Positions 10,425 to 21,862 are shown, numbered from the stretch's first letter. The stretch is 64,000 bases of DNA from Spirochaetia bacterium (GCA_965263295.1 OZ253665.1:896001-960000); one strand, 5' to 3'. A program made the numbers and translations. Notes: generated by a model not told the origin, from the sequence alone.

Positions 10425-11375
10425 GTGGAAAGCAGAAGAATAAAACGAGGGACTTTTCGTCGGGCACTTTGGCGGGATCGCGTCGCCATCGCGATGTCCT
10501 TTCCCTTGATCATTCATCTATTTATCTTCCTGTATCTACCATTGTGGGGAGTTTTGATGGCTTTTCAGAACTTCAAGATTGCCCATGGTGTAACATTCAC
10601 CGACATTCTCCTGAGGCAAGAATGGAGTGGCCTGAACCACTTTGCAGATTATTTTTCTTCGCCGGATTTCCTGCTGACAATGAAGAACACCATTGGGATG
10701 TCCTTGATCAGCCTGGTATTCGGAACTTTTTTTTCGTTACTTCTGGCTGTTTTACTCAACGAAACCAGAGACGGCCTGTTTAAAAAGAGCACGCAGACCA
10801 TTTCCTATTTGCCCCACTTTATTTCATGGGTTGTCGCGGCAAATATTGTCATCAGTTCCCTCTCCCCTGAAGGCGGTATACTGAATGAACTTCTGTTGAA
10901 ACTGAAAATTATTGACAAGCCCATTTTATTTATGGGAGAACCCAAATACTTCTGGTGGATTATAGGGTGGAGTAACGTTTGGAAAGGCATGGGTTGGGGT
11001 GCGATTATTTATCTGGCTGCCATGACTTCGATAGATCCGCAACTTTACGAAGTTGCAGAACTCGACGGAGCGAAACGTTTGCAGCGCATTGTCCATATAA
11101 CCTTGCCGGGCATTCGTTCGACTTTTGTCCTGCTGCTGATCCTCAATATCGGGGCTCTCGCCACCGGCGGCTTTGAACAACAATACTTGCTGAAAAATCC
11201 CTTGGTTGAGCAAGAAGCCAAAACCATCGCCATCCATACGTTTCAAAAGGGGCTGGTCGAGTCGGACTTTTCTTATGCGACGGCAGTGGGCATTTTTGTC
11301 AACGCTGTGAATTTTCTTTTATTAATTTTTGCCAACAGAACGGCCAAACGGCTTGGTCAAGAAACCTTATTCTAA
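10425..11375 (+). CDS. Carbohydrate ABC transporter permease (LplB-like)
   Basis: SYLPHFISWV, WKGMGWGAIIYLAA, IDPQLYEVAELDGA (EAA motif). Confidence 0.95.
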   Translation: MESRRIKRGTFRRALWRDRVAIAMSFPLIIHLFIFLYLPLWGVLMAFQNFKIAHGVTFTDILLRQEWSGLNHFADYFSSPDFLLTMKNTIGMSLISLVFGTFFSLLLAVLLNETRDGLFKKSTQTISYLPHFISWVVAANIVISSLSPEGGILNELLLKLKIIDKPILFMGEPKYFWWIIGWSNVWKGMGWGAIIYLAAMTSIDPQLYEVAELDGAKRLQRIVHITLPGIRSTFVLLLILNIGALATGGFEQQYLLKNPLVEQEAKTIAIHTFQKGLVESDFSYATAVGIFVNAVNFLLLIFANRTAKRLGQETLF

Positions 11376-11394
11376 TTCAAAAGGAAGATTAATT

Positions 11395-12339
11395 GTGGCC
11401 AGAAGCTATTATTTCATCATCAAAAAACTGTTTGGCCTGAAACGTATCCCCACATTTTCCGATATAGTTTTCGACACTTTTAAGATCCTGTTCCTTTTAC
11501 TCACAATTCTAGTTACCGTTTATCCATTTTTAAATCTATTGGCATATTCTTTCAACAACGGTTTAGACGCCATCAAGCCCGGAATACAAATCTGGCCCAG
11601 AAAATTTACGCTACAAAATTATGCCCACATATTTGACGATATGGTCATGATTCGCGCGAGCTTTAATTCCGTCGCGCGCACTGTGATTGCCATTATAACG
11701 CAAATCTTTTGCAACGCACTTGTCGCCTTTGCGCTGAGTAAGAAAAATTTTGTGTTGCGGAAATTCTACAACACCATGTACATAATTCCCATGTATATCA
11801 GCGGCGGCTTGATTCCAACGTATTTTCTAATGCGCAGCCTCGGCCTGGTCGGCAGCTTCCACGTCTACTGGCTGCCCGGCCTGACTAGTTTTTATTACAT
11901 TATTTTAATGCGCACCTATTTTCGGCAACTTCCGCCCAGTATAATGGAATCCGCCTACATGGATGGTGCCAATGACTGGATCGTTTTTAGCCGATTGATA
12001 TTACCACTTTCGATTCCGCTACTTGCAGCCCTTGCCCTGTTTATCGGAGTCGCCGCCTGGAACTCCTGGATGGACACTCTAATTTACAATCAGGATAAAA
12101 TAAACCTGACTACCCTACAATTTGAACTTATGCGCAAACTGCAATCGGCAAACCAAGCCCTAAACATCAATGCCGACGCATTTGCCATTGCGGCGGCCAA
12201 AGGCTCGACGATAGAAGTCACCCCGAAAGTCTTGCGCGCGGCCATGACAATCGTTACTTCGCTTCCCATTATTTTACTTTATCCATTTCTGCAAAGATAT
12301 TTTATCCACGGGCTGGCCATCGGGGGAATCAAGGAATGA
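11395..12339 (+). CDS. Carbohydrate ABC transporter permease (LplC-like)
   Basis: SGGLIPTY, ESAYMDGA, LYPFLQRYF..G..IGGIKE; GTG start after an AAGGA RBS. Confidence 0.95.
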   Translation: MARSYYFIIKKLFGLKRIPTFSDIVFDTFKILFLLLTILVTVYPFLNLLAYSFNNGLDAIKPGIQIWPRKFTLQNYAHIFDDMVMIRASFNSVARTVIAIITQIFCNALVAFALSKKNFVLRKFYNTMYIIPMYISGGLIPTYFLMRSLGLVGSFHVYWLPGLTSFYYIILMRTYFRQLPPSIMESAYMDGANDWIVFSRLILPLSIPLLAALALFIGVAAWNSWMDTLIYNQDKINLTTLQFELMRKLQSANQALNINADAFAIAAAKGSTIEVTPKVLRAAMTIVTSLPIILLYPFLQRYFIHGLAIGGIKE

Positions 12340-13346
12340 AATTTGCAATCTGGGGAGAAGCGACGGCCAACGCCGAAGATGCATTCACCCAGGCGCTGGA
12401 CCTCGCCTGCGAGGCCGGGATAACGCGGATGCTGCCTTGCCTGTACAACACCAGAGAGGCGAAATTCAGCAGCCAAACCGCGCAGGCAAGCACCGACCTG
12501 TTTGAACGTTATCTGCTGCCTCTGGCGCGAGAGCGTCATCTGGAAGTACACGCCTGGGTAATGATGCTGCGCTACGGTGCGGACGATGCCCAGAGCAAGG
12601 CCCACTGGTTTGCGCACAACCGCCTCGGGCAATCGGCACTTGAATACCCCCAATACGTCGACTACTACACCTGGCTGTCTCCATTTGTGGCCGAAGTGCA
12701 GGCATATTTGCACAATCTGATCCGTGAAATAGCACAGTTGGAAGTCGCCGGCGTCCAGCTCGACTATATCCGCTACTGCGATCGCTTCTTGGCGCCTGGC
12801 CTGCTGCCCCTTTACAATCTGAAGGAAACGACCGAGCTCAACCCCAGCTTTGACTACGACTACCACCCCGCCGCCCTGGCCGCCTTCGAGGAAAAATACC
12901 ATTACAACCCCTTAGATGTCGATATTCGCGATCAGAAATGGCAGACCTTTCGCTTGGATGCCATCAGCGCCATCGTGCGCGACTGTGGCGAGATTGTCCG
13001 CGCCCAGGGCAAGCAGCTCAGCGCGGCGGTCTTTCCCCATCCGGGCAACGCGCCGGCCATGGTGCTGCAAGACTGGGGGCCCTGGCCTCTGGATGCAGCT
13101 TATCCGATGATTTATCACAAGTTTTACAACCAGGACTACCACTGGGTGGCGGAAGAATACAAACGCTGCCGGCAGCAGAGTCAGGCTAAAAAAGTGATAC
13201 CGGGCATTTTCTTGCCTGATTTCGTTCCGCAAGAATTGCACGATTGCCTCAAAGAATTGCAGGATGCCGCCGTCACGGAAGTTTCTCTGTTTGAACTTGG
13301 GGCACTGACACCTGAACTGGCAAAAGTTATCAAAAGATTTAGCTGA
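12336..13346 (+). CDS. Glycosyl hydrolase-like 10 (GHL10/DUF187) TIM-barrel protein
   Basis: LEVHAW, GVQLDYIRY, LSAAVFP, QDW..W, PMIY motifs; ATGA overlap with the permease. Confidence 0.8.
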   Translation: MKFAIWGEATANAEDAFTQALDLACEAGITRMLPCLYNTREAKFSSQTAQASTDLFERYLLPLARERHLEVHAWVMMLRYGADDAQSKAHWFAHNRLGQSALEYPQYVDYYTWLSPFVAEVQAYLHNLIREIAQLEVAGVQLDYIRYCDRFLAPGLLPLYNLKETTELNPSFDYDYHPAALAAFEEKYHYNPLDVDIRDQKWQTFRLDAISAIVRDCGEIVRAQGKQLSAAVFPHPGNAPAMVLQDWGPWPLDAAYPMIYHKFYNQDYHWVAEEYKRCRQQSQAKKVIPGIFLPDFVPQELHDCLKELQDAAVTEVSLFELGALTPELAKVIKRFS

Positions 13347-14416
13347 TGATCAATACCGACGCCGACCCAGCCGACCCAATGGAAACAACCAACTGGGAAA
13401 CAGACTGGCAATACATGAAAGATATTGAGCCGCGCTCCTATAATTGCCAATATCTGGACCACGATATGGCCATTGACGGCAACATTCAAAAACCTGAGTG
13501 GCAAATTGTGCCCTTCAGTGAAGAATTTGTCGATATTGAAGGGAAATGCAAGCCCCGCCCTCTCTGGCCGACGCGGATGAAGATGCGCTGGTCTGAGGAA
13601 TATTGGTACTTTGCCGCAGAGATTACTGAGCCGCAAGTCTGGGCAAAGCTCACAGAAAAAAACACAGTAATTTTTCAAGACAACGATTTTGAAATCTTTA
13701 TCGACCCAAGTTCAAGCAACAGCAACTATTATGAATTGGAAATCAATGCGCTGAATACCATATGGGAACTGAACCTGCCCCTGCCGTATAAAGATGGCGG
13801 CAGCCCCATCAATCCCTACAATCTGCGAGGCCTCAAATCGGCCGTGCAAATACAGGGCAAGGTCAATGACCCAAGCTCGGAAGATCAGGGTTGGACGGTA
13901 GAGCTGGCAATCCCATGGTCGAGCCTACGCCCTTTCCATCAGCAGGACAAGGCTGTGCCACAATTGGGCGATTACTGGCGCGTCAATTTTTCGCGCGTGG
14001 AATGGGATGTCGATGTGCAAAATGGCCAGATCCGCAAGCTGCCGGGGCACCCCGAACACAACTGGGTCTGGAGTCCACAAGGCGTAGTGGACATGCACCG
14101 TCCCGAAAAATGGGGTTTTGTCTACTTTGTCGCCACCGGGCAGGAAACACCGATGCCCAGGCATCCGATTGAACAATTAAAAAACCATGCCATGGAACTG
14201 TATTATTTACAGGGCAAGTTAAAGCAAATCAGAGGCCGCTATTCCAGCAAGGAAGAAATCTTGCACTGGCTCAGCCCGGCAAGCGCAGAACTCTTGCAAG
14301 ATATTACTCTTCTGCGCGGCGGCCGGGCCGGGCAGAGCGGATTTCTGGCCCACTTCGCCCAAACAGAAAAGAAATGGCAACTCGCCATTAGCCATCGCTC
14401 CCAAGTCTTTTTTTAA
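13346..14416 (+). CDS. Carbohydrate-binding family 9-like (DOMON/CBM9-like) protein
   Basis: IDG...EW, FVDIEG, DNDFEIFIDP, YYELEINA, GWTVELAIPW, WRVNFSRVEW, NWVWSPQG, MHRPEKWG. Confidence 0.85.
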   Translation: MINTDADPADPMETTNWETDWQYMKDIEPRSYNCQYLDHDMAIDGNIQKPEWQIVPFSEEFVDIEGKCKPRPLWPTRMKMRWSEEYWYFAAEITEPQVWAKLTEKNTVIFQDNDFEIFIDPSSSNSNYYELEINALNTIWELNLPLPYKDGGSPINPYNLRGLKSAVQIQGKVNDPSSEDQGWTVELAIPWSSLRPFHQQDKAVPQLGDYWRVNFSRVEWDVDVQNGQIRKLPGHPEHNWVWSPQGVVDMHRPEKWGFVYFVATGQETPMPRHPIEQLKNHAMELYYLQGKLKQIRGRYSSKEEILHWLSPASAELLQDITLLRGGRAGQSGFLAHFAQTEKKWQLAISHRSQVFF

Positions 14417-14790
14417 AACAACGACAATTGAAAACTTTGTGGTCAGAACGAACCGGACCATCGCCCATTACCCGGCCCGGTGCCCGAATACGGGGGAGCG
14501 AACTTTGATTCAGTCCTGAAAAGTCGTGGGGAAATTTCAAAATCTTACAGACAGAACTTCAAAACCAGCCGGTGGCAATCCCGCTTCGGTCAACCCGGTC
14601 AACTATATTGACTTTTTAAAGCAGGAACTCTACGGAAAGTTTGAAGTAGAATTCCCGCTTGAACATGACAGATTGCTATTTCCCGCAAAACTAGCTAGAA
14701 AAAAACGATGGCATCCCTTGACCCAGAGCTGGAAAAAAACTAGGCTCCCGAAAGAAAGATAGGTCACGACTGGATATATTTTTAATTTAA
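14415..14790 (+). pseudogene. Unidentified gene remnant
   Basis: Protein-like frame from 14415 with one in-frame TGA, continuing into ORF 14526-14762, with apparent shifts at A-runs; no family recognised. Confidence 0.3.
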
Positions 14791-14966
14791 TTATCTGAAT
14801 TCCCTGGAATTAGCGACATGCCGCCAAACAGCCACGTTACACTTCTTTTGTTGGAAGGCGACTTTATATTCTGCCTTATCATAGCCCGCCCCAAAATGGC
14901 CAGGGCAATTTCCAAGTGTGTTTACAAATTTGGGGCCCAAAATTTATAGATTTTCCTGAAAGTATA

Positions 14967-14994
14967 TTGAAAATAGATATTGATATCATATAAT
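14967..14994 (+). promoter_or_regulatory. Promoter of the sit operon, possible metal-repressor site
   Basis: TTGAAA-16 bp-TATAAT enclosing the palindrome TGATATCA. Confidence 0.45.
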
Positions 14995-15041
14995 ACCTCT
15001 GTCTGGAAGCAGATAATTTTATAATTCAGGAGACTAAAGAA

Positions 15042-15992
15042 ATGTATAACAATAGTTTAGCATCTCAATTAGGAAAACTTCTTATCTCAACTTTGGCGGC
15101 TGTTTTTATGTTTGCGGTTCCCGCGACAGTGTTTGCCGCCGGGAATCCCGCGAAAAGTTCTGTCGAGGAAAAATTCAAAGTGGTGACGACATTCACCATC
15201 ATCGCCGACATGGCGCGCAACGTGGCCGGCAACGCCGCCATTGTCGAGTCCATCACTAAACCTGGCGCCGAGATACATGACTACGAGCCGACTCCCCAGG
15301 ATCTCGTCAAAGCCCAGGGAGCAAAGCTGATTTTATGGAATGGCTTAAACTTGGAGACTTGGTTTAAACAATTCTTCCAGAAGCTCAAAGGCATTCCTGA
15401 AGTTTATGTGTCGAAAGGTGTCGAGCCCATTGGCATCAGCGAAGGCCCCTATACCGGCAAGCCCAACCCCCATGCCTGGATGTCGCCCAGTGCGGGCATG
15501 ATCTATGTGGAAAATATACGCGACGCCTTGATGAAATACGACCCAGCCAATGCGCCGGTATACCGCAAGAACGCTGAAAACTACAAGCGCCAGATTCAGG
15601 GGACAATTGGTCCAATTAAAGCGCAGATTGATTCTGTGCCGCCTGATCAGCGTTGGCTCGTATCCAGTGAAGGCGCCTTCAGCTATCTCGCCCGCGATTT
15701 TGGTTTAAAAGAACTATATATATGGCCGATCAACGCCGACCAAGAAGGGACGCCCCAGCAAGTGCGCAAGGTCATCGACGTTGTGAACGCCCAGCATATT
15801 CCGGTGGTTTTCAGCGAAAGTACCATATCCCCGAAGCCGGCTCAGCAAATAGCCCGGGAGACGGATGCCGAATATGGCGGCATACTTTATGTAGATTCGC
15901 TATCCGAGGCCGACGGGCCGACGCCAACTTATATTGATCTGCTTCGCGTCACATCAGATACCGTTGTCAAAGGGTTGACGTCGAGGAATTGA
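15042..15992 (+). CDS. sitA: Mn/Fe ABC transporter substrate-binding protein (SitA/YfeA)
   Basis: [63 protein letters not shown]. Confidence 0.93.
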   Translation: MYNNSLASQLGKLLISTLAAVFMFAVPATVFAAGNPAKSSVEEKFKVVTTFTIIADMARNVAGNAAIVESITKPGAEIHDYEPTPQDLVKAQGAKLILWNGLNLETWFKQFFQKLKGIPEVYVSKGVEPIGISEGPYTGKPNPHAWMSPSAGMIYVENIRDALMKYDPANAPVYRKNAENYKRQIQGTIGPIKAQIDSVPPDQRWLVSSEGAFSYLARDFGLKELYIWPINADQEGTPQQVRKVIDVVNAQHIPVVFSESTISPKPAQQIARETDAEYGGILYVDSLSEADGPTPTYIDLLRVTSDTVVKGLTSRN

Positions 15993-15996
15993 ATCA

Positions 15997-16869
15997 ATGG
16001 ATATAGGATCCACTGCGCCGGTGCTTCCCGCGCAGCCTCAGTCGCAAGAGCGAAACAGTGGCATTTGTGTGCGCAATGTCACTGTCTTCTACCGCAACGG
16101 TCATTGCGCCTTGCGGGATGCGAGCTTTGCGAGCGCGGCTGGCACGATAACGGCACTGGTCGGCGTCAATGGTTCGGGCAAATCTACACTATTCAAGGCC
16201 ATTATGGGTTTCCTCCGCCCCAGCAGGGGCGAAATCTCCATTCTTGGCCAGTCCGTCCGTGTGGCCATCAAAAAGAAGTTGGTCGCCTATGTGCCGCAAA
16301 GCGAAGAGATAGACTGGAACTTCCCGGTGCTCGTTGAAGATGTGGTCATGATGGGCCGCTATGCTTACATGGGCGCGATGCGACTGCCTCGGGCCAAAGA
16401 CAAGGAATCTGTCAGCGCCGCGCTCGCCCAAGTTGACATGGGCGATTTCCGCAAGCGCCAGATCGGAGAACTGTCCGGCGGCCAAAAGAAGCGGGTATTT
16501 TTGGCCCGTGCATTGGCCCAGGGAGCTCGCTTTATTCTGCTCGACGAGCCGTTTACCGGCGTAGACGTCAAAACTGAAGAGGCAATTGTCAAATTGCTCC
16601 TCAAGCTGCGGGATAAAGGCGATGTCATATTGGTTTCCACGCACAATCTCGGCAGTGTGCCCGAATTTTGCGACCAAGCCGTCTTGCTAAAAAACACGGT
16701 GCTGGCCTATGGCCCGACGTCGGAAGTTTTTACGAGTGAGAACCTGGAAAAAGCATTTGGCGGCATGCTCAGGCATGCCATGTTCGACGGGCAATATGTT
16801 AACGTAATTACCGATGATGAGCGGGCTTTGGTCCTGCCTTTGCCAACTGATCGGCCGCAGAATACTTGA
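15997..16869 (+). CDS. sitB: Mn/Fe ABC transporter ATP-binding protein
   Basis: [38 protein letters not shown]. Confidence 0.93.
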   Translation: MDIGSTAPVLPAQPQSQERNSGICVRNVTVFYRNGHCALRDASFASAAGTITALVGVNGSGKSTLFKAIMGFLRPSRGEISILGQSVRVAIKKKLVAYVPQSEEIDWNFPVLVEDVVMMGRYAYMGAMRLPRAKDKESVSAALAQVDMGDFRKRQIGELSGGQKKRVFLARALAQGARFILLDEPFTGVDVKTEEAIVKLLLKLRDKGDVILVSTHNLGSVPEFCDQAVLLKNTVLAYGPTSEVFTSENLEKAFGGMLRHAMFDGQYVNVITDDERALVLPLPTDRPQNT

Positions 16870-17747
16870 AAATTGCGATAATGCCGTCCATGCTACTTGA
16901 GCCCTTCCACTACGCCTACATGCTCAATGCGATGTGGGTCTCATCTCTGGTGGGCGGTATATGCGCCTTTCTTTCCGCCTATGTTATACTTAAAGGCTGG
17001 TCACTGATTGGCGACGCCCTATCTCATTCAATCGTACCCGGTATCGCCGGCGCTTACATTTTGGGTTTGCCATTTTCGCTCGGTGCCTTTTTTGCCGGCG
17101 GCATAGCCGCGCTGGCCATGTTTTTACTCAACCAACGTACCAAGTTAAAAGAAGATGTGATCATTGGCCTCGTTTACTCCTCGCTCTTTGCCCTGGGTCT
17201 GTTTATGATATCGGTGCGACCGACCTCTGTAGACATTCAGCAAATAGCTCTGGGCAACATTCTGGCCATTGCACCGGGCGACATCCTACAACTGGCCATT
17301 ATCGGCTTCGTTGCCCTCACTATTTGCATTGCCAAGTGGAAAGACTTGATGCTGGTATTCTTTGACGAAAGTCACGCCCGCTCAATTGGCCTCAACACCA
17401 CCTTCCTCAAGGTTTTATTCTTTGCACTGCTGGCAGCTGTGACCGTTGCGGCCCTTCAGACTGTCGGCTTCTGCCTCGTCATCTGCATGGTGGTCACGCC
17501 CGGCGCGACAGCTTATTTATTGACCGAGCGCTTTCAGCGCTTGATTGTCATTGCCGTGACTATCGGTACCATCACGAGCTTTATCGGCGCCTATATGAGC
17601 TATTTCTTTGATGGTGCCACCGGCGGCCTCATTGTCACAATGCAAACGTTGATTTTCCTCACTGCTTTCTTTTTTGCGCCCAAACACGGCGTACTGGTGG
17701 CGCGGCGCCGGCGAGCCGAGCATTTTCCCCAGCGTTTTCTGGAGTAG
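16866..17747 (+). CDS. sitC: Mn/Fe ABC transporter permease
   Basis: [21 protein letters not shown]-3 family. Confidence 0.92.
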   Translation: MKIAIMPSMLLEPFHYAYMLNAMWVSSLVGGICAFLSAYVILKGWSLIGDALSHSIVPGIAGAYILGLPFSLGAFFAGGIAALAMFLLNQRTKLKEDVIIGLVYSSLFALGLFMISVRPTSVDIQQIALGNILAIAPGDILQLAIIGFVALTICIAKWKDLMLVFFDESHARSIGLNTTFLKVLFFALLAAVTVAALQTVGFCLVICMVVTPGATAYLLTERFQRLIVIAVTIGTITSFIGAYMSYFFDGATGGLIVTMQTLIFLTAFFFAPKHGVLVARRRRAEHFPQRFLE

Positions 17748-17751
17748 AATA

Positions 17752-18591
17752 ATGAATGTAGTCCAAACTTTACTCACCCCGTTTCATTTTAGTTTCATGC
17801 GCGACGCCTTTGCAGTTTCGCTGATGATCGCAGTCCCCACAGCATTGCTCTCTTGTTTCATTATCCTCAAGGGTTGGGCCCTGATGGGCGACGCGATTTC
17901 TCACGCCGTTTTTCCCGGCGTTGTGATTTCCTACATTGTCGGCCTACCTTATATCGTGGGCGCTTTCGTCGCGGGCATAATTTGTGGACTCGCCTCTGGC
18001 GCCCTGCACGAAAACAGCCGCATCAAGCAGGATACGGCCATGGGAATCGTCTTTGCCGGCATGTTTGGATTCGGACTGGTATTGTTTACCAAGATTCAGA
18101 GTACCGTGCACCTGGAACATATCTTGTTTGGCAACATGCTGGGGGTAGGGCCCGCCGAAATTGTCCAAGTCGCCCTGATTGCCCTTTGCACGACTGGCAT
18201 CATCGCGGTCAAATGGCGTGACTTGCTTTTACATTCCTTTGATCCAACACATGCGATGGCGCTAGGACTGCCGTCCAAACTCTTGCATTTCGGTCTTCTT
18301 GCCATGTTGTCCCTGACGATCGTGGGAGCAATGAGCGCCGTCGGAATCATTCTTGTCGTCGCTGTATTGGTCGCTCCGGGCGCGATTGCCTTCCTTTGGA
18401 CGCGCAAATTTAGCTCCATGTTGCTACTTTCTGTCGCAATCGCAACGACAAGCAGCTTCTTTGGCACCTATCTGAGCTTTTTTCTCGACAGCTCTCCATC
18501 GGCAACTATCGCCTTACTGCTCGCCGTATGTTTTATTATCACACTGCGAATCACAGTGCGCACAGTATCTTTGCCCAAAAGCGAAAACTAG
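17752..18591 (+). CDS. sitD: Mn/Fe ABC transporter permease
   Basis: LKGWALMGDAISHAVFPG, HILFGN; ATG 17752 follows GGAG. Confidence 0.92.
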   Translation: MNVVQTLLTPFHFSFMRDAFAVSLMIAVPTALLSCFIILKGWALMGDAISHAVFPGVVISYIVGLPYIVGAFVAGIICGLASGALHENSRIKQDTAMGIVFAGMFGFGLVLFTKIQSTVHLEHILFGNMLGVGPAEIVQVALIALCTTGIIAVKWRDLLLHSFDPTHAMALGLPSKLLHFGLLAMLSLTIVGAMSAVGIILVVAVLVAPGAIAFLWTRKFSSMLLLSVAIATTSSFFGTYLSFFLDSSPSATIALLLAVCFIITLRITVRTVSLPKSEN

Positions 18592-18625
18592 CCCCCAGCG
18601 AAACTAGTCTTCGTATTTTAAGCTT

Positions 18626-21091
18626 TTAAGCATTGATCATAGCTGTCTGCTTTTTTTCTCCCCGCGCCTGAGCTTTCTGTTCCAATACCAGAGAACTCCG
18701 GCAGCGGAATTGCAGCTTGCCACTACGCAAGGATATCAAAACCTCTCCACCATTGGAAAGTGGACCATAGAGAACCTCGTCAATCAGCTTTCCTTTAATT
18801 TCGTCTTCAATATAACGATTCAAGTTACGAGCGCCGAACTCTTGGGAATAGCCTTTCCCGCAAAGATATTCCAGCACTTTATTACTATATTTAATGCGAA
18901 TATTCTTTTCACCTAGGACACGGGCAAAATTTTCCATTTCCTTGCGAGCTATGCGATTAATCACATCTTTATCCAATGCGTTGAACGGTACAACCTTATC
19001 CAGACGGTTGCGGAACTCTGGGGTAAAGATATGCTTTAGCGCCTCGTCTATCGCATCCTGGCTGATTACCTGATCGCCAAAACCTATACGTTTCTGGCCG
19101 ATGCGGTGGGCTCCCGCATTGGAAGTCATGACAATAATGACATTGCGCAAATCGGCCTGACGGCCTTGATTGTCTGTAATTGTCGCATAGTCCATCATTT
19201 GCAACAAAATATTGTAGATTGTGCTGTGAGCCTTCTCGATTTCGTCTAACAACAGCACTGAATACGGATTCTTGCGCAGAGTGTCGGTCAATAAGCCGCC
19301 CTCTTCATAGCCGACATAACCAGGAGGAGAACCAATCAGGCGAGCCACAGAGTGGGCTTCTTGATATTCACTCATGTCAAAACGATGCAGGCTGACCCCC
19401 AGCTCGCTCGCGAGCTGGCGTGCCAGCTCGGTTTTACCGACACCGGTGGGCCCGACAAATAGCAAATTGGCAATCGACTTATTCGCATCGCGAAATCCCA
19501 CGCGTGAACGTTTTATAGCTTCGCTAACTATTTTTACAGCTTGATCCTGACCGTGAATGTAGCGCAATAAATGTTCCTCCAAATAACGCAACCGCTGCCG
19601 CTCGTCGACTTCGACAGTCTTCTGCGGAATATGGGCGATGGAAGCCACAACCTGCTCAATATGGGCCTGGCCAATCTCTGGTTTACCTAACTTACGCCAA
19701 GCAGCCTCTTTTTCCTCCAGTTCGGCATTGGCCAACTTTTCAAAGCGAATGCGAGCCCAGGCCCCTACCTCATCCATTACGTCGATCGCCTTATCTGGCA
19801 ACTGGCGCTCGTTGATATACTGATCCGACAACTCGACGGCAGCCTTTAGACTTTCCTCGGTATAACGGACTTGGTGAAAAGCCTCATATTTATGTTTGAT
19901 ACCTTGCAAAATCTTCTGAGTCTCTTCACGACTGGTGGCCGGCACATCAATCTTTTGGAAACGACGGGCCAAAGCGTGATCCTTGGAAAAACTTTTTTTG
20001 AACTCATCGTAAGTTGTCGAACCAATACAACGAATCTGGCCGCGGACCAAGGCTGGCTTCAATAAGTTTGAAGCATCCATACTGCCACCAGAAACAGAAC
20101 CAGCGCCGATAATACTATGAATTTCATCGATGAACAGAATGCCGTTACCGCGCTCACTCAGTTCGCGCACCAGCGCTTTCATCCGTTCTTCAAAATCACC
20201 CCGATAACGAGTACCCGCGATAAGCCCGGCCATATCGAGTGAATAGACTTCCATATTTTGTAAAGTGCTGGGTATATCGCCCGCGACGATGCGTTGAGCC
20301 AATCCTTCGGTAATAGCCGTTTTACCGACTCCAGGATCACCGACATGAACCGGGTTATTTTTAAACCGGCGCGCCAGGATCTGTATCGTCCGATCCAAGA
20401 CTTCCTTGCGACCGATCAAGGGCTCCAATTCATTATTCAGAGCTAAGTCCGTCAAACAAACAGTAAACTGTTCCAGCGGGCTTGGCCTCTTGGTACGTCC
20501 CTCACTGCTCTGCTGCTTTTGGCGCTCCATACGCTCTTTGCGTTTCTGAATCTCACCGCGACCAGACAGGCTCTGAGCACTGAGGCCACTCAAAGCAGAG
20601 CGATCACTGCGTGATTCGTTCCATAGCTGAGTCAAAGCATCGTTGGGCTCAGAATCTTCCTCTTTTTGCAAGGTCACCTGTTCCAGTAAAGTCAAGCGGT
20701 CCAGACCGTCACTCTTGAGGAAATAGGCCGCATGGCTTTCGGGTTCATCCAACAAGGCCACCAACAGATCGCCCACTTGAATTTCTGTCTTACCAGCTGC
20801 AGAAATATGAAACATGGTCCGCTCGATCACACTCTGAAAAGCATGCGATTGTTCCGGATCTTTTACCTGCCCTTCGACAAATTTAGTCAAGTGCTGATCA
20901 AAGTAAGCCAGCAGCTTTTTCTCAATTCTTTCTACGTCGACATCACAGTCCATCATCAGCTGGCGGGAGGGACCAAAGCGCAAGGCTGCAAACAAAATAT
21001 GCTCAGGGGTCAAATGGTCGTGTCGATTGTCCACCGCCAATTTGTAAGCCGCAGACATAACGATGTGGGCTTCTCTATTTAACTCCATCAT
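18626..21091 (-). CDS. clpA: ATP-dependent Clp protease ATP-binding subunit ClpA
   Basis: Clp N domain, two AAA modules (GDPGVGKT, GPTGVGKT), RFDMSEY, GSPPGYVG; downstream of clpS. Confidence 0.95.
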   Translation of the reverse strand: MMELNREAHIVMSAAYKLAVDNRHDHLTPEHILFAALRFGPSRQLMMDCDVDVERIEKKLLAYFDQHLTKFVEGQVKDPEQSHAFQSVIERTMFHISAAGKTEIQVGDLLVALLDEPESHAAYFLKSDGLDRLTLLEQVTLQKEEDSEPNDALTQLWNESRSDRSALSGLSAQSLSGRGEIQKRKERMERQKQQSSEGRTKRPSPLEQFTVCLTDLALNNELEPLIGRKEVLDRTIQILARRFKNNPVHVGDPGVGKTAITEGLAQRIVAGDIPSTLQNMEVYSLDMAGLIAGTRYRGDFEERMKALVRELSERGNGILFIDEIHSIIGAGSVSGGSMDASNLLKPALVRGQIRCIGSTTYDEFKKSFSKDHALARRFQKIDVPATSREETQKILQGIKHKYEAFHQVRYTEESLKAAVELSDQYINERQLPDKAIDVMDEVGAWARIRFEKLANAELEEKEAAWRKLGKPEIGQAHIEQVVASIAHIPQKTVEVDERQRLRYLEEHLLRYIHGQDQAVKIVSEAIKRSRVGFRDANKSIANLLFVGPTGVGKTELARQLASELGVSLHRFDMSEYQEAHSVARLIGSPPGYVGYEEGGLLTDTLRKNPYSVLLLDEIEKAHSTIYNILLQMMDYATITDNQGRQADLRNVIIVMTSNAGAHRIGQKRIGFGDQVISQDAIDEALKHIFTPEFRNRLDKVVPFNALDKDVINRIARKEMENFARVLGEKNIRIKYSNKVLEYLCGKGYSQEFGARNLNRYIEDEIKGKLIDEVLYGPLSNGGEVLISLRSGKLQFRCRSSLVLEQKAQARGEKKQTAMINA

Positions 21092-21199
21092 GATGAAACT
21101 CCTTATTCAGGTAATTACTACCTCAGGCACAAAAAACCGTATAAATGCATTCGCGGACAAACGATTCAGTTGGGCTTTGGCAATCGCAAACATTATAAC

Positions 21200-21508
21200 C
21201 TAGACTTCCTCAATCAGACAGCGCAAGGGAAAGTCTGCCTTACGCGCCAAATTCGTTGTTTTTCTCACTTTTGTTACGGCAATATCATAGGAATAAATAC
21301 CGACGACAGCCTGCCCTTCATTGTGAATATCCAGCATCAGCGCATTTGCTTCAGAGTGGGTTTTGCGAAATACGTCAATTAAAATCTGTATCACAAACTT
21401 TTGAGTGGTGTAATCATCGTTCAGCATTATGACCTGATAAGACTTTGGGTGCCGAATTGCGGTGTCAACACTGACATCAATGTCTTGCTGATCTTTGGTC
21501 GCTGGCAT
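21200..21508 (-). CDS. clpS: ClpS adaptor
   Basis: YQVIMLNDDYT, MLDIHNEG, FPLRC. Confidence 0.95.
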   Translation of the reverse strand: MPATKDQQDIDVSVDTAIRHPKSYQVIMLNDDYTTQKFVIQILIDVFRKTHSEANALMLDIHNEGQAVVGIYSYDIAVTKVRKTTNLARKADFPLRCLIEEV

Positions 21509-21862
21509 TCTGCATTACTCCTGTCTGTCTTTCCGGGCACTTCCCATCGATACTGGCAAGCTTTGCCCGCCCAACAAGTAACCCAAATATTGGCAAGATT
21601 ATTAAATTCTTGATTATATCAAATGCGGCCAGGAAAGTCAGCCGGTCATAATGCAATATATGACCCAAGCATCAATTCTAGCTCTAGCTTACAGATATTC
21701 TTTCACAAATTTTAACAAGTGCCCCCCGTTGGGCTTTTGATTGGCTTATTTATTTTAGGACTGCAAGCAAAATATGGACAGACTCAATATAAAAAGGCAT
21801 GGCAACAGGATACCGAGATATTTCAATATTATAAAGCAAGTACTGAAGTTTATCGCTGACAG

